Origin: an uncultured Gammaproteobacteria bacterium
GTDB taxonomy: Bacteria; Patescibacteriota; Microgenomatia; JAMCZE01
Assembly (NCBI GenBank): GCA_964641255.1
Contig: CAZXMM010000001.1
Span: 409,984 to 473,983 of the forward strand
Length of the DNA stretch: 64,000 bases
Reading direction: 5' to 3'
Under the pieces are notes generated by a model. That model ran no database searches. It saw nothing but the letters and a program-made list of their open reading frames with translations, and was not told the DNA's origin. A program made the translations under genes and the position numbers. Shown here piece after piece: positions 49,497 through 58,033 of this stretch. Each line of letters starts with the position of its first letter. The first letter of the stretch is position 1.

Positions 49497-50366
49497 ATGA
49501 TAAATCTAAGTTTTTTTATCCCTGCCTATAACTGCGCGACAACCATTGCAGAAGCTGTTGATTCAATTTTCAAGGCTAATTTTGTTAAGGGCGATGAAGT
49601 AATTATTGTGGACGACTGTTCAACTGATCGGACACTAAGAGCTATAACGGCTCAGATGAAAAAGCACCCCGAAATTTTATTGCTAAAACATCCGTTCAAT
49701 AAGGGCGCTGGTGCGGCACGGAACACGGCAATTGAACAAGCTCGGAACAAGCTAGTCTTTTGTTTAGACTCGGACAATTTGCTAGTTCCCAATAGCGTAA
49801 GACCGCTACTTGCCTATCATATCGAAACTAAGTCTGACGCCAGTGCCTTTCAACAGTTGCATTTTTTCAAGAAAACTCCCAGGCATGTTACCCATAAATG
49901 GACATTTCATCCTGGTGTGTATACTCTATCTGAACATCTTTCAAAGTCACAGCTTCCTGGAGCAAGTGGTAATTATTTATTCTCGAAGCAGGCTTGGCTT
50001 AGGGCGGGTCGTTATCCAGAGTTTGTTGGGGCATTAGATTCTTGGTCTTTTGGCTTGCGTCTTCTCGCCACCGGTTCGAAGATGTCAGTCTTTGAGAATA
50101 CGCATTACTTCCATCGCTTTGGCCATGAATCAGATTGGGTGCGGTATTCTCAAAAAAAACACTTTTTTTCTTTAGCTGCTTTGCAGGTAATTATTCCTTT
50201 CCTGGACTTGCTTGATCCGAAGGACATTGAATATATTATGAGTAAAAAAGGAAGGTACAATTGGTTTGAGCACATAGAAAAAAGGCCAATTCGCCTCAGA
50301 AAAACACCGATACAAAGTAGCCGTATCAGAGAGCTAATAAATAAATTAGGTAGTATTAAATCATGA
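49497..50366 (+). CDS. GT2 glycosyltransferase
   Basis: FIPAYN, VDDCSTDRT, NKGAGAARN, LDSDN. Confidence 0.9.
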   Translation: MINLSFFIPAYNCATTIAEAVDSIFKANFVKGDEVIIVDDCSTDRTLRAITAQMKKHPEILLLKHPFNKGAGAARNTAIEQARNKLVFCLDSDNLLVPNSVRPLLAYHIETKSDASAFQQLHFFKKTPRHVTHKWTFHPGVYTLSEHLSKSQLPGASGNYLFSKQAWLRAGRYPEFVGALDSWSFGLRLLATGSKMSVFENTHYFHRFGHESDWVRYSQKKHFFSLAALQVIIPFLDLLDPKDIEYIMSKKGRYNWFEHIEKRPIRLRKTPIQSSRIRELINKLGSIKS

Positions 50367-51010
50367 GACTACATTTAGGATGTGGAGAAAATTATTTGAA
50401 GGGCTATTGTAATATCGATTTTTCATCGACGCATCATACAGTTCAAAAAAAAGGTGTGGCTGACAGATATGCCAATATTCTCAACTTAAAATATAAGAAA
50501 AGTTCAATTGAAGAAATACGACTGCATCATGTTTTTGAGCACTTTTCTCGAGCTATAGCTTGTGCATTATTGGTTAGTTGGCATTCATGGCTAGAGATTG
50601 GGGGACTTCTCAGAGTTGAAGTTCCTGATTTTGAAAATACTAGTAAGATTTTTGGTAGACTCCTTTCTACTGAACACCAAAGAAATGTCGCAATGCGACA
50701 TATTTTCGGGTCACAGGAAGCTAGCTGGGCAGTGCATTATACAGGTTGGACTGAAAAGACCCTGACTGCTCTTCTTAATAAGCTCGGGTATTCCATTGAG
50801 AAAGTAAATAGATTTACATACAAAGGAACATCAAATCTGGAAGTTTTCGCGCGTAAAGCGCAAAATGATCTTTCAAACGACGCTTCCACTAAAGTAGTCA
50901 AAAGTTTTCTGAAATCTTTCACTCTTGACGGATCTACATCTGAAAAAGAGATTTTATCTGTTTGGCTAAGTGAGTTTAAAAGCCAAGTAGCTAAAGGAGT
51001 ACGGAAGTGA
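50363..51010 (+). CDS. SAM-dependent methyltransferase (Methyltransf_11-like)
   Basis: LHLGCG, GYCNID, HHVFEH, L..GG.L.VEVPD. Confidence 0.85.
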   Translation: MRLHLGCGENYLKGYCNIDFSSTHHTVQKKGVADRYANILNLKYKKSSIEEIRLHHVFEHFSRAIACALLVSWHSWLEIGGLLRVEVPDFENTSKIFGRLLSTEHQRNVAMRHIFGSQEASWAVHYTGWTEKTLTALLNKLGYSIEKVNRFTYKGTSNLEVFARKAQNDLSNDASTKVVKSFLKSFTLDGSTSEKEILSVWLSEFKSQVAKGVRK

Positions 51011-51741
51011 AAGGTGTCAGCGTGGTTATCCCCACTTATAATCGGGAAAAGTTTTTAACGGCAACCATAAATAGTGTACTTAAACAGACTGTCCCCGTTT
51101 TGGAGATTCTGGTTTGTGATGATGGGTCAATGGACCACAGTCGTCAGGTGATAAAGAAAATTGGCAGTACAAAGGTCCACTGGATTGCTGGATCCCACAC
51201 CGGATTGCCAGCTGTAGCAAGAAATCGAGGTATTGAACGGTCAAAAGGGGAGTTGATTGCATTTTTGGACAGTGATGATACCTGGCTACCAGAAAAAATG
51301 GCCAGGCAACTACCTTTTTTTGACGACCCCAAAGTACTAGGGGTAAGCGCGAATGCTTTACGGATGGTGAAAACTATTGAGAGTGGTCGTGTTATCGTTG
51401 GAAACAATAGCAATCTTTCTGTTGCTTCTCTTTTGTTCCAAAATTCAGTCATCTGCAGTTCAATGGTGGTTCGTCGATCTGCCTTGGAAGCTACTGGGGA
51501 CTTCTCTGAAAAAAATTCACTACGAGGATTTGAAGACTATGCCCTTTGGCTTAGGGTGGCAGCCCTTTTTCCGATCAGCTTTGTTGCCGAGCCGCTAGTT
51601 CGTTATCGTGACGAGTTTCAAGACAGTCTGCGTTATGAGTCCGAAAGGGATGTTGTGAAGCAAAAACTTGAAGTATTAAAAAATTTTCTTCCCTGGCTAA
51701 TTTACCATTTTCCATTAATTATTTCATACCACATGCAATGA
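51007..51741 (+). CDS. GT2 glycosyltransferase
   Basis: VSVVIPTYNR, DDGSMD, ARNRG, AFLDSDDTW.PEK, EDYALWLR; GTG start. Confidence 0.92.
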   Translation: MKGVSVVIPTYNREKFLTATINSVLKQTVPVLEILVCDDGSMDHSRQVIKKIGSTKVHWIAGSHTGLPAVARNRGIERSKGELIAFLDSDDTWLPEKMARQLPFFDDPKVLGVSANALRMVKTIESGRVIVGNNSNLSVASLLFQNSVICSSMVVRRSALEATGDFSEKNSLRGFEDYALWLRVAALFPISFVAEPLVRYRDEFQDSLRYESERDVVKQKLEVLKNFLPWLIYHFPLIISYHMQ

Positions 51742-53450
51742 TTGAGATTGGATTATTGGTTGTGGCAACAGGTAAATATATTCAATTTGTCGATCCTTTA
51801 TGGAAGTCAACTAAAAGGTACTTTCTTAAGCAACGCAATATCAGAGTAACTATGTTTGTTTTTACTGATTCTGATACTGTTCCAGCTGGAACTAAACGCC
51901 TGTTTTGGGAACATCGCGCCTTCCCCTTCGCCACTCTTCTTAGGTACCATGTGTTTACAAAGTACCAAAAGACCCTAAAGAAGATGGACTACCTCTTCTA
52001 TTGCGATGCTGACATGGAATTTGTTTCACTAGTAGGCGAAGAGATTCTTGGTAAACGAGTCGCCACCCTTCACCCAGGCTTTTATACTAAAGCTCGAAAA
52101 GATTTTACTTATGAAAATAATTCTAAGTCGACTGCCTATATTTCTCCTGATCAAGGGAAAGCGTATTATTGCGGTGGTTTCAATGGGGGAGAGGTAAAAG
52201 AATTTTTGAATATTGCCCGGATTCTAAAAAGGAATATTGATAAAGATTTGAAAAATGGCATTATCGCTTCACATAACGATGAAAGCCACTATAATTGGTA
52301 TCTCGCTAAACACCTTCCCACGTTGGTTCTTTCACCCTCATACTGCTATCCAGAAGATCTCTTACCAGCGGTTCGGGCGAAAGATCTGAAAAGCGGGATT
52401 AATAAGTTAATTTGGTTTCCGAAGCAACTGTTGGAACTAAAACCAAAATTAATCGCCAGAAGCAAAGACCATAGCAAAATTCGGTATACCGGGATTCGAC
52501 TGTTAATCGAAACACTTATCCAGTCTAAAGAAGTTCTTTTCCTGAAGGGTTTTACTATTCTTAACAGGGTTAGAGTTGAATGGGTTAGGCTAAAATGGCA
52601 CTACTTAAGATTGAAGGAGCAAAGCTATCGTAATTATCTTTTGCAACCGCCTATAAAGGTTATTCAGGTCTCACAAAATAGCGCTGCTAACAGAATGCTC
52701 CTCGTCACAGTGGCCTTTAATTGCGTCTGGACTATAGAGGCGCAAATAGATGCTTTAAAAAAGAACCTTCAGGATCCTTTTACTCACATAATAATTGATA
52801 ATTCTAGTGATAGTGCTAGACGATCAGAAATAGAACAAGTGGCTCGCACAAAGGGGGTGGGTTACATCTCTTTGCCGAAAACACCTTCACATATTTCACC
52901 GAGCATGTCTCATGGACTAGCTCTCAATTATGCTTGCAACTGGACTAGTAAGCACCTTGCGAAGTATGTAGTAATTGGCTTTTTGGATCATGATATTTAT
53001 CCATTCAAGTCGACAAATCTATTTCCAATTATGAAAAAGCAGCCCTTTTACGGCCTCTTACAAAATAGAGAAGAAAAGTGGTACTTATGGCCGGGCTTCA
53101 TGTTTTTTAATAGAGATTTCAGCAACAGTAAGCAAATAAATTTTCTTCCTCAAAATGGTCTTGATACTGGTGGAAGGAATTGGGAATCTATCTACCGCCA
53201 CATAGAAAAATCTTCAATTGAATTTCCCCAGCAGTTTTACGTATCCCTCAGTGACTATAAAAAGCTTCGCAATATTAATGCATTTCCTAAAATACCAATT
53301 TCCAAAAAGAATCAGCTAGTGAAAAAAGATCAATTAATAGAGATAATAGATAGCTGGGTGCATGTGTTTAATGCGTCGAATTGGCGAAAAGCAAATGATA
53401 AGGAAAAAGAAGTTAAAGAATTCTTACTATGGCTAAACAAGCATTCATAA
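51738..53450 (+). CDS. GT6 (ABO/alpha-1,3-Gal(NAc)-transferase-like) domain fused to a second putative GT-A domain
   Basis: IGLLVVATGKY, FTD, DYLFYCDADMEF, LHPGFY, FTYE, AYI, YYCGGFNGG, DESH.N, LSP.Y, KDH..IR. C-terminal domain has IIDNSSD, SHG.ALN, FLDHDI, DTGG. Confidence 0.9.
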   Translation: MIEIGLLVVATGKYIQFVDPLWKSTKRYFLKQRNIRVTMFVFTDSDTVPAGTKRLFWEHRAFPFATLLRYHVFTKYQKTLKKMDYLFYCDADMEFVSLVGEEILGKRVATLHPGFYTKARKDFTYENNSKSTAYISPDQGKAYYCGGFNGGEVKEFLNIARILKRNIDKDLKNGIIASHNDESHYNWYLAKHLPTLVLSPSYCYPEDLLPAVRAKDLKSGINKLIWFPKQLLELKPKLIARSKDHSKIRYTGIRLLIETLIQSKEVLFLKGFTILNRVRVEWVRLKWHYLRLKEQSYRNYLLQPPIKVIQVSQNSAANRMLLVTVAFNCVWTIEAQIDALKKNLQDPFTHIIIDNSSDSARRSEIEQVARTKGVGYISLPKTPSHISPSMSHGLALNYACNWTSKHLAKYVVIGFLDHDIYPFKSTNLFPIMKKQPFYGLLQNREEKWYLWPGFMFFNRDFSNSKQINFLPQNGLDTGGRNWESIYRHIEKSSIEFPQQFYVSLSDYKKLRNINAFPKIPISKKNQLVKKDQLIEIIDSWVHVFNASNWRKANDKEKEVKEFLLWLNKHS

Positions 53451-54070
53451 ATGTAACATACGAATCTCTTGTCACACCACCACTTGCTATTGGTGCGTGG
53501 ATACGAAAGGATTTTCCTGGTTTTGATAGGGATTACTTGGCAATCCATTGTTTAATCAGAAAGTATCAGCCCAAAACTTTCCTTGAAATTGGAACAAGCA
53601 CGGGGTTGGGAACCAAAGTAATTTGTACAGCTATTGGGATTAGGAAAGCCCATTGGTGGAATTTATTTGGTTCCCACGACGTATCAACACCAAAGGTTTT
53701 TTCAATCGATGTACCTCCAGGTACTGATCCAACAATTATTTATCCCGCAAAAGAAGACGGTCACCCAGATAAGACAGGAAAATACTGCAAATTTCCCTTC
53801 ACGCAGCTATTTGGCGACTCCCAAACATTTAATTTTAAACCGTACTATCCATTAGATGGTTGGTTCATCGATGGCAAACATAACTTTGAATTTGCTAGTA
53901 AGGATACAAGACAGGCTTTGAAGGCTAAAGCTAAGATAATTATCTGGCATGATATGCAAATCGAAGATGTTGCTCGTGCTGTAGAAATCGTTATGAGAAA
54001 GCAGAAACGATATAGCTGTTATCGTGTTGCGCAAACTCGAATCGCTTTCGCTGTACGCAAGATATCATAA
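53429..54070 (+). CDS. Class I SAM-dependent methyltransferase (Methyltransf_24-like)
   Basis: FLEIGTSTG, SID, GDS, FIDGKH....KD, IIWHD. Confidence 0.85.
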   Translation: MAKQAFINVTYESLVTPPLAIGAWIRKDFPGFDRDYLAIHCLIRKYQPKTFLEIGTSTGLGTKVICTAIGIRKAHWWNLFGSHDVSTPKVFSIDVPPGTDPTIIYPAKEDGHPDKTGKYCKFPFTQLFGDSQTFNFKPYYPLDGWFIDGKHNFEFASKDTRQALKAKAKIIIWHDMQIEDVARAVEIVMRKQKRYSCYRVAQTRIAFAVRKIS

Positions 54071-54957
54071 TGATTATTGTCAAATTAGTGGGTGGCCTGG
54101 GAAACCAAATGTTTCAATACGCGACCGCCCGCGCTCTTGCCGAAAGACACCGTTGTGAATTAAAGCTAGATACTAGTTGGTTCCGCAAGCCTGGATCAGA
54201 TACCCGCCGTTCTTACGGTCTAAGAGTTTTCAATACCGTTAAGGCCCAAGCCACGAAACGGGAAATTAATGCTGTCAAACATCGGAGCGGAAACAAATTG
54301 GACCGAATATTAAGAAGCCATTTTCGGGGTTTTTTTCCGTTGCGTAAAAGCTATTTCTTTGAAGAAAGCGCTCTTCATTTTAGCCCGGAAGTCCTTAAAC
54401 TGACCGATAATTCTTATTTGGAAGGCTTCTTTCAGTATTTGGCGTATTTTCAATCGATTGAAAAAATATTGCAGGATGAATTTCAGTTTATTAAGCAACC
54501 CAACAAGAAAAACAAGCTAATTTTAGATAAAATAGAGATACAAAATTCAGTGTCTGTCCATATCAGGAGAAAAGACTATATTTCTAATAAAAATTATCGT
54601 AGTTATTTTGCCCATCCTAGTAGGCTATATTATAAAAAGGCTATGGAAATGATTAATCGAAAAGTGCCCAGTCCTGACTTCTATATTTTTTCTGATGATA
54701 TACCTTGGGTAAAAAAGCATTTTAAAAATAATCATAACATGCATTTTATTTCCCATAATAAAGGGAAAAACGATTTTGAAGACATGAGACTTATGCAAAG
54801 CTGTAAACACAATATCACTGCCAATAGCTCCTTTAGCTGGTGGGCAGCATGGTTGAACCAAAATCCTCACAAGATCGTAATTACCCCCCGTAAATGGTAC
54901 CAAGACAAATTAGCCGAAATGACTGGGAAGTTTCCTCCTAATTGGACAAAGCTATAA
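54070..54957 (+). CDS. GT11 alpha-1,2-fucosyltransferase-family protein
   Basis: GGLGNQMFQYA, GFFQ, SVHIRRKDY, YY..A, IFSDD..W, ANSSFSWWAAWL, P..W. Confidence 0.93.
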   Translation: MIIVKLVGGLGNQMFQYATARALAERHRCELKLDTSWFRKPGSDTRRSYGLRVFNTVKAQATKREINAVKHRSGNKLDRILRSHFRGFFPLRKSYFFEESALHFSPEVLKLTDNSYLEGFFQYLAYFQSIEKILQDEFQFIKQPNKKNKLILDKIEIQNSVSVHIRRKDYISNKNYRSYFAHPSRLYYKKAMEMINRKVPSPDFYIFSDDIPWVKKHFKNNHNMHFISHNKGKNDFEDMRLMQSCKHNITANSSFSWWAAWLNQNPHKIVITPRKWYQDKLAEMTGKFPPNWTKL

Positions 54958-54960
54958 ATT

Positions 54961-55764
54961 ATGAAACCACTCATTTCTTATAAGAAAAACGTGTTCTCCC
55001 AGAATGGTGAAGACGGAATTATTGCAGAAATTTTTAGACGTTTGAGGGTGGATAGTGGAGTTTGTATCGAATTTGGGGCTTGGGATGGAATTCATCTAAG
55101 TAATATCCGTAATCTGGTTATAAACGGTTGGACTGGAATATTTATTGAATCCGATAAGGAAAGGTTTAATCAACTAAAAAAGAATTATGCACAAAATAAA
55201 AATGTTATAAGCATTAACGCTACTGTCGGCTCTGGTATAAATAGCCTCCGAGCTATCTTTAGAAGAAAAGGTATCTCACTTTATTTAAATAAAATAGATT
55301 TTTTGAGCATAGATATTGATGGCCTGGATCATCATATTTTTGAGTCGTTAGATTTTAATCCTAAATTAATCTGTATTGAAGCAAATTCTGCCTTTTCACT
55401 AAATGAAAGTCTAAACCAAACTCTCTATTCGAAGGAAACGGGGAGATCTCTTCAATGCTTAACCACGATTGGTGAGTCTAAAAACTATGTTCTCATTTGC
55501 TTCACGGGCAATTGCCTTTTTTTAAGAAAGGATTTATTGGAGCAAACCAATTTGGAAGAGTTGTCTGTTAAAGAAGCTTACACAGCTTTCTTGGACTACC
55601 TAACAGAAAATGAGCGCCAATGGTTATTTCTAGTAAATCTAGGTTTAGTATTTCCGTACCGCCATTTCAAAAATACTTATCTTTCTCTTCAAAGTTTACA
55701 TTTATTGCCTCATCAAATTGCCCTCGCTATTGGCAAACTCTTAAGAGCTAAATTACTCGGATAA
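54961..55764 (+). CDS. FkbM-like putative methyltransferase
   Basis: SQNGEDGII, IEFGAWDG...SN, GW.G.FIE, DFLSIDIDG.D, P..ICIE.N, GN.LF. Confidence 0.78.
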   Translation: MKPLISYKKNVFSQNGEDGIIAEIFRRLRVDSGVCIEFGAWDGIHLSNIRNLVINGWTGIFIESDKERFNQLKKNYAQNKNVISINATVGSGINSLRAIFRRKGISLYLNKIDFLSIDIDGLDHHIFESLDFNPKLICIEANSAFSLNESLNQTLYSKETGRSLQCLTTIGESKNYVLICFTGNCLFLRKDLLEQTNLEELSVKEAYTAFLDYLTENERQWLFLVNLGLVFPYRHFKNTYLSLQSLHLLPHQIALAIGKLLRAKLLG

Positions 55765-55771
55765 TGGATTT

Positions 55772-56848
55772 ATGAATCGTTTTAAACCAGTAAAACTATC
55801 GGTAATAATGCCTGTATATAATGGTGCACTTTATCTACGAGAATCTATTGATAGCGTTCTTCGTCAGACCTTCACAAATTTTGAATTCATCATTATTGAT
55901 GATGGTTCTACTGATAAAACACAAGAAATTGTTGAGTCTTATTCTGATTTACGAATTAAGCTAGTAAAAAACTCTAAGAATTTAGGAATAGTTGACAGCC
56001 TGAATATTGGTCTGGTTAAAGCAACTGGTGAGTACGTCATCAGAGTAGACGCCGATGATATCTGTGTTAGAACTCGTTTTGAGAAGCAGGTTAAGTTTAT
56101 GGATGGTCACCCTACAGTGGGTGTTTGTGGAAGTGCCATAAGGATTTTTTCTAGAATTCCTGTGATTGGTATGACAATTGTAAAGCCTGTTAGCCATCGT
56201 GAGATCGTCTCGGAAATGCTTTTTCGCAATGTTATCCAACACCCAACTGTCATTTTGAGGAAAAACCTTTTCCAAAAGTACAAGCTTCGCTACCGGAGTT
56301 TATATCCACATGCGGAAGATTATGATTTGTGGTCCCGGGCCGGTAGGCTTTTTGATTTGGCAAATCTTCGTGAAGCCTTGTTGTATTACCGCTATCATTC
56401 AAAATCGATAGGCGCTACTTCTAATATCGTTCAACAAGCTAATGTTAGACAAGTCAGGCAAGAATATTGGAAATCATTGGGCATCAAACTTGATCCCGAC
56501 GAAATTGCTTTATTGCACAGTGTCTGCGACCTGTCTGTTGCTCCGATAGACGAGTTTACAGCTGCAAAGGTAGGAGCAGCCTTGTTAAGCTTTCAGTCCC
56601 AAGTGAATAAAAAAAATCTCTTTCCGCCGAAGTTTATTTCTAAACATACCTCCAAGCAGTGGTACGCTTTTTGTGCCAAACTCTCCACTCTTGGCCTAGT
56701 GGCCTGGAGATTATATTGGCAGTCTCCTCTTAGCAAAGCGGCAGCTTTGAGCATTTCAGATCGATTAATTTTCCTAATGCATTGTTCATTAAAAATGAGC
56801 GACTTTACTCTCCAAAGGAAACTTGCCAGACTGATTGCCGGTTGGTAG
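55772..56848 (+). CDS. GT2 glycosyltransferase
   Basis: SVIMPVYNG, IDDGSTD, N.G...SLN, RVDADD, R.EKQ, HPTV, AEDYDLW. Confidence 0.92.
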   Translation: MNRFKPVKLSVIMPVYNGALYLRESIDSVLRQTFTNFEFIIIDDGSTDKTQEIVESYSDLRIKLVKNSKNLGIVDSLNIGLVKATGEYVIRVDADDICVRTRFEKQVKFMDGHPTVGVCGSAIRIFSRIPVIGMTIVKPVSHREIVSEMLFRNVIQHPTVILRKNLFQKYKLRYRSLYPHAEDYDLWSRAGRLFDLANLREALLYYRYHSKSIGATSNIVQQANVRQVRQEYWKSLGIKLDPDEIALLHSVCDLSVAPIDEFTAAKVGAALLSFQSQVNKKNLFPPKFISKHTSKQWYAFCAKLSTLGLVAWRLYWQSPLSKAAALSISDRLIFLMHCSLKMSDFTLQRKLARLIAGW

Positions 56849-56857
56849 TCTCAATAT

Positions 56858-58033
56858 ATGAAAATACATACGATAGAGAAAATTGGCTCCGAAAACAGTT
56901 TACGGCTGCAATTTCCCATAACCTTTGACGGCAAGGAAAGGAACTTCCCTACTGCTTTGTATTATCAAATAGAGAAAAAATTTGAATCCTTGTTAAGTTT
57001 AAATAGCGACAGTGCTCTGGTGGCCATGCTCCTTTTGGCAATGAACCTTAAAGAGGATATCTTTGTGGAAGGATCCGTTTCAGAACAATTGATTAATAAT
57101 TTGCTGAAATATCAAGATATTGTTCATGAATGGTTTCCCAAAACCTTCTACAAAATAAAAATATCTGCCGAGCACATTGTTAGCGAAACTAAATTGAAGA
57201 ACAAAGCCGTGGGGATGGGTTTCTCTGGAGGTGTAGATTCCTTCTACACTCTTTGGAGCCATCTTGCCCCGCAAGAAAAAGATGCTTCAAAGAGGGTGAC
57301 CCACGGGATCTTTGTTCATGGTTTTGATTTTTCTCTGCCTAAAAGAGCCAGCTATGATCGCGCCTATGAGGCCTACAAGGTAATGCTTGAAAGCCTTGGC
57401 CTTACTCTAATTGGTGTGGAGACTAACATCAGGCAGTTCACTGATTATTACAGTTGGGAGATGGCCCATGGCTCCGCCCTGGGAAGTTGTGCCTTACTGT
57501 TTGAAAAAGTTTTTGGCACTTTTTACATTGCCTCGTCAGATGTTCCAGCGGCACTTAAGCCACTTGGCTCGCACCCCGACCTTGATCCACTGTTATCTAG
57601 CAATCAGATGACGGTAGTTCATGATGGATTGCAAAGTTCAAGGGTAAAAAAGATAAAAGCCCTTATCACCTGGCCACTCACTTACGATAATCTTCGGACT
57701 TGTTGGAGAAATCAGGACGGAGTGAAGAATTGTGGGCGGTGTGATTATTGTCTGCGGGTAATGGCAATCCTGGAAGCATTTGGAGTTTTAGGAAAGTACA
57801 CAACCTATCCTCCCTCGTTCTCTTATAACAGCTTAATAAATGCTCAATTTGTCTCAAAAAATCGCCAAATAATTGCCGACGAGATTATTGCTCTGGCTAA
57901 GAAGAATCATAATGAAAAACTCGCCGGTGCAGTAAAACGGGCTAAAGAGCGTGGTGCCCTGCTTTTTAAAATCAAACCACTTACTGACTTTGTTGACCAG
58001 ACGATTTATCACCTTATGCATAAGTACCAATGA
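56858..58033 (+). CDS. Uncharacterised PP-loop (adenine nucleotide alpha-hydrolase-like) protein with a Cys4 motif
   Basis: FSGGVDS, HGFD, GSHP.LDP, HDG, R..K, LRTCW...NCGRCDYCLR. Confidence 0.7.
   Translation: MKIHTIEKIGSENSLRLQFPITFDGKERNFPTALYYQIEKKFESLLSLNSDSALVAMLLLAMNLKEDIFVEGSVSEQLINNLLKYQDIVHEWFPKTFYKIKISAEHIVSETKLKNKAVGMGFSGGVDSFYTLWSHLAPQEKDASKRVTHGIFVHGFDFSLPKRASYDRAYEAYKVMLESLGLTLIGVETNIRQFTDYYSWEMAHGSALGSCALLFEKVFGTFYIASSDVPAALKPLGSHPDLDPLLSSNQMTVVHDGLQSSRVKKIKALITWPLTYDNLRTCWRNQDGVKNCGRCDYCLRVMAILEAFGVLGKYTTYPPSFSYNSLINAQFVSKNRQIIADEIIALAKKNHNEKLAGAVKRAKERGALLFKIKPLTDFVDQTIYHLMHKYQ

Noticed and set aside
56858-58033. queC assignment
   Set aside because: It shares only the PP-loop and Cys motifs, is much longer, and has no queD/E/F context.
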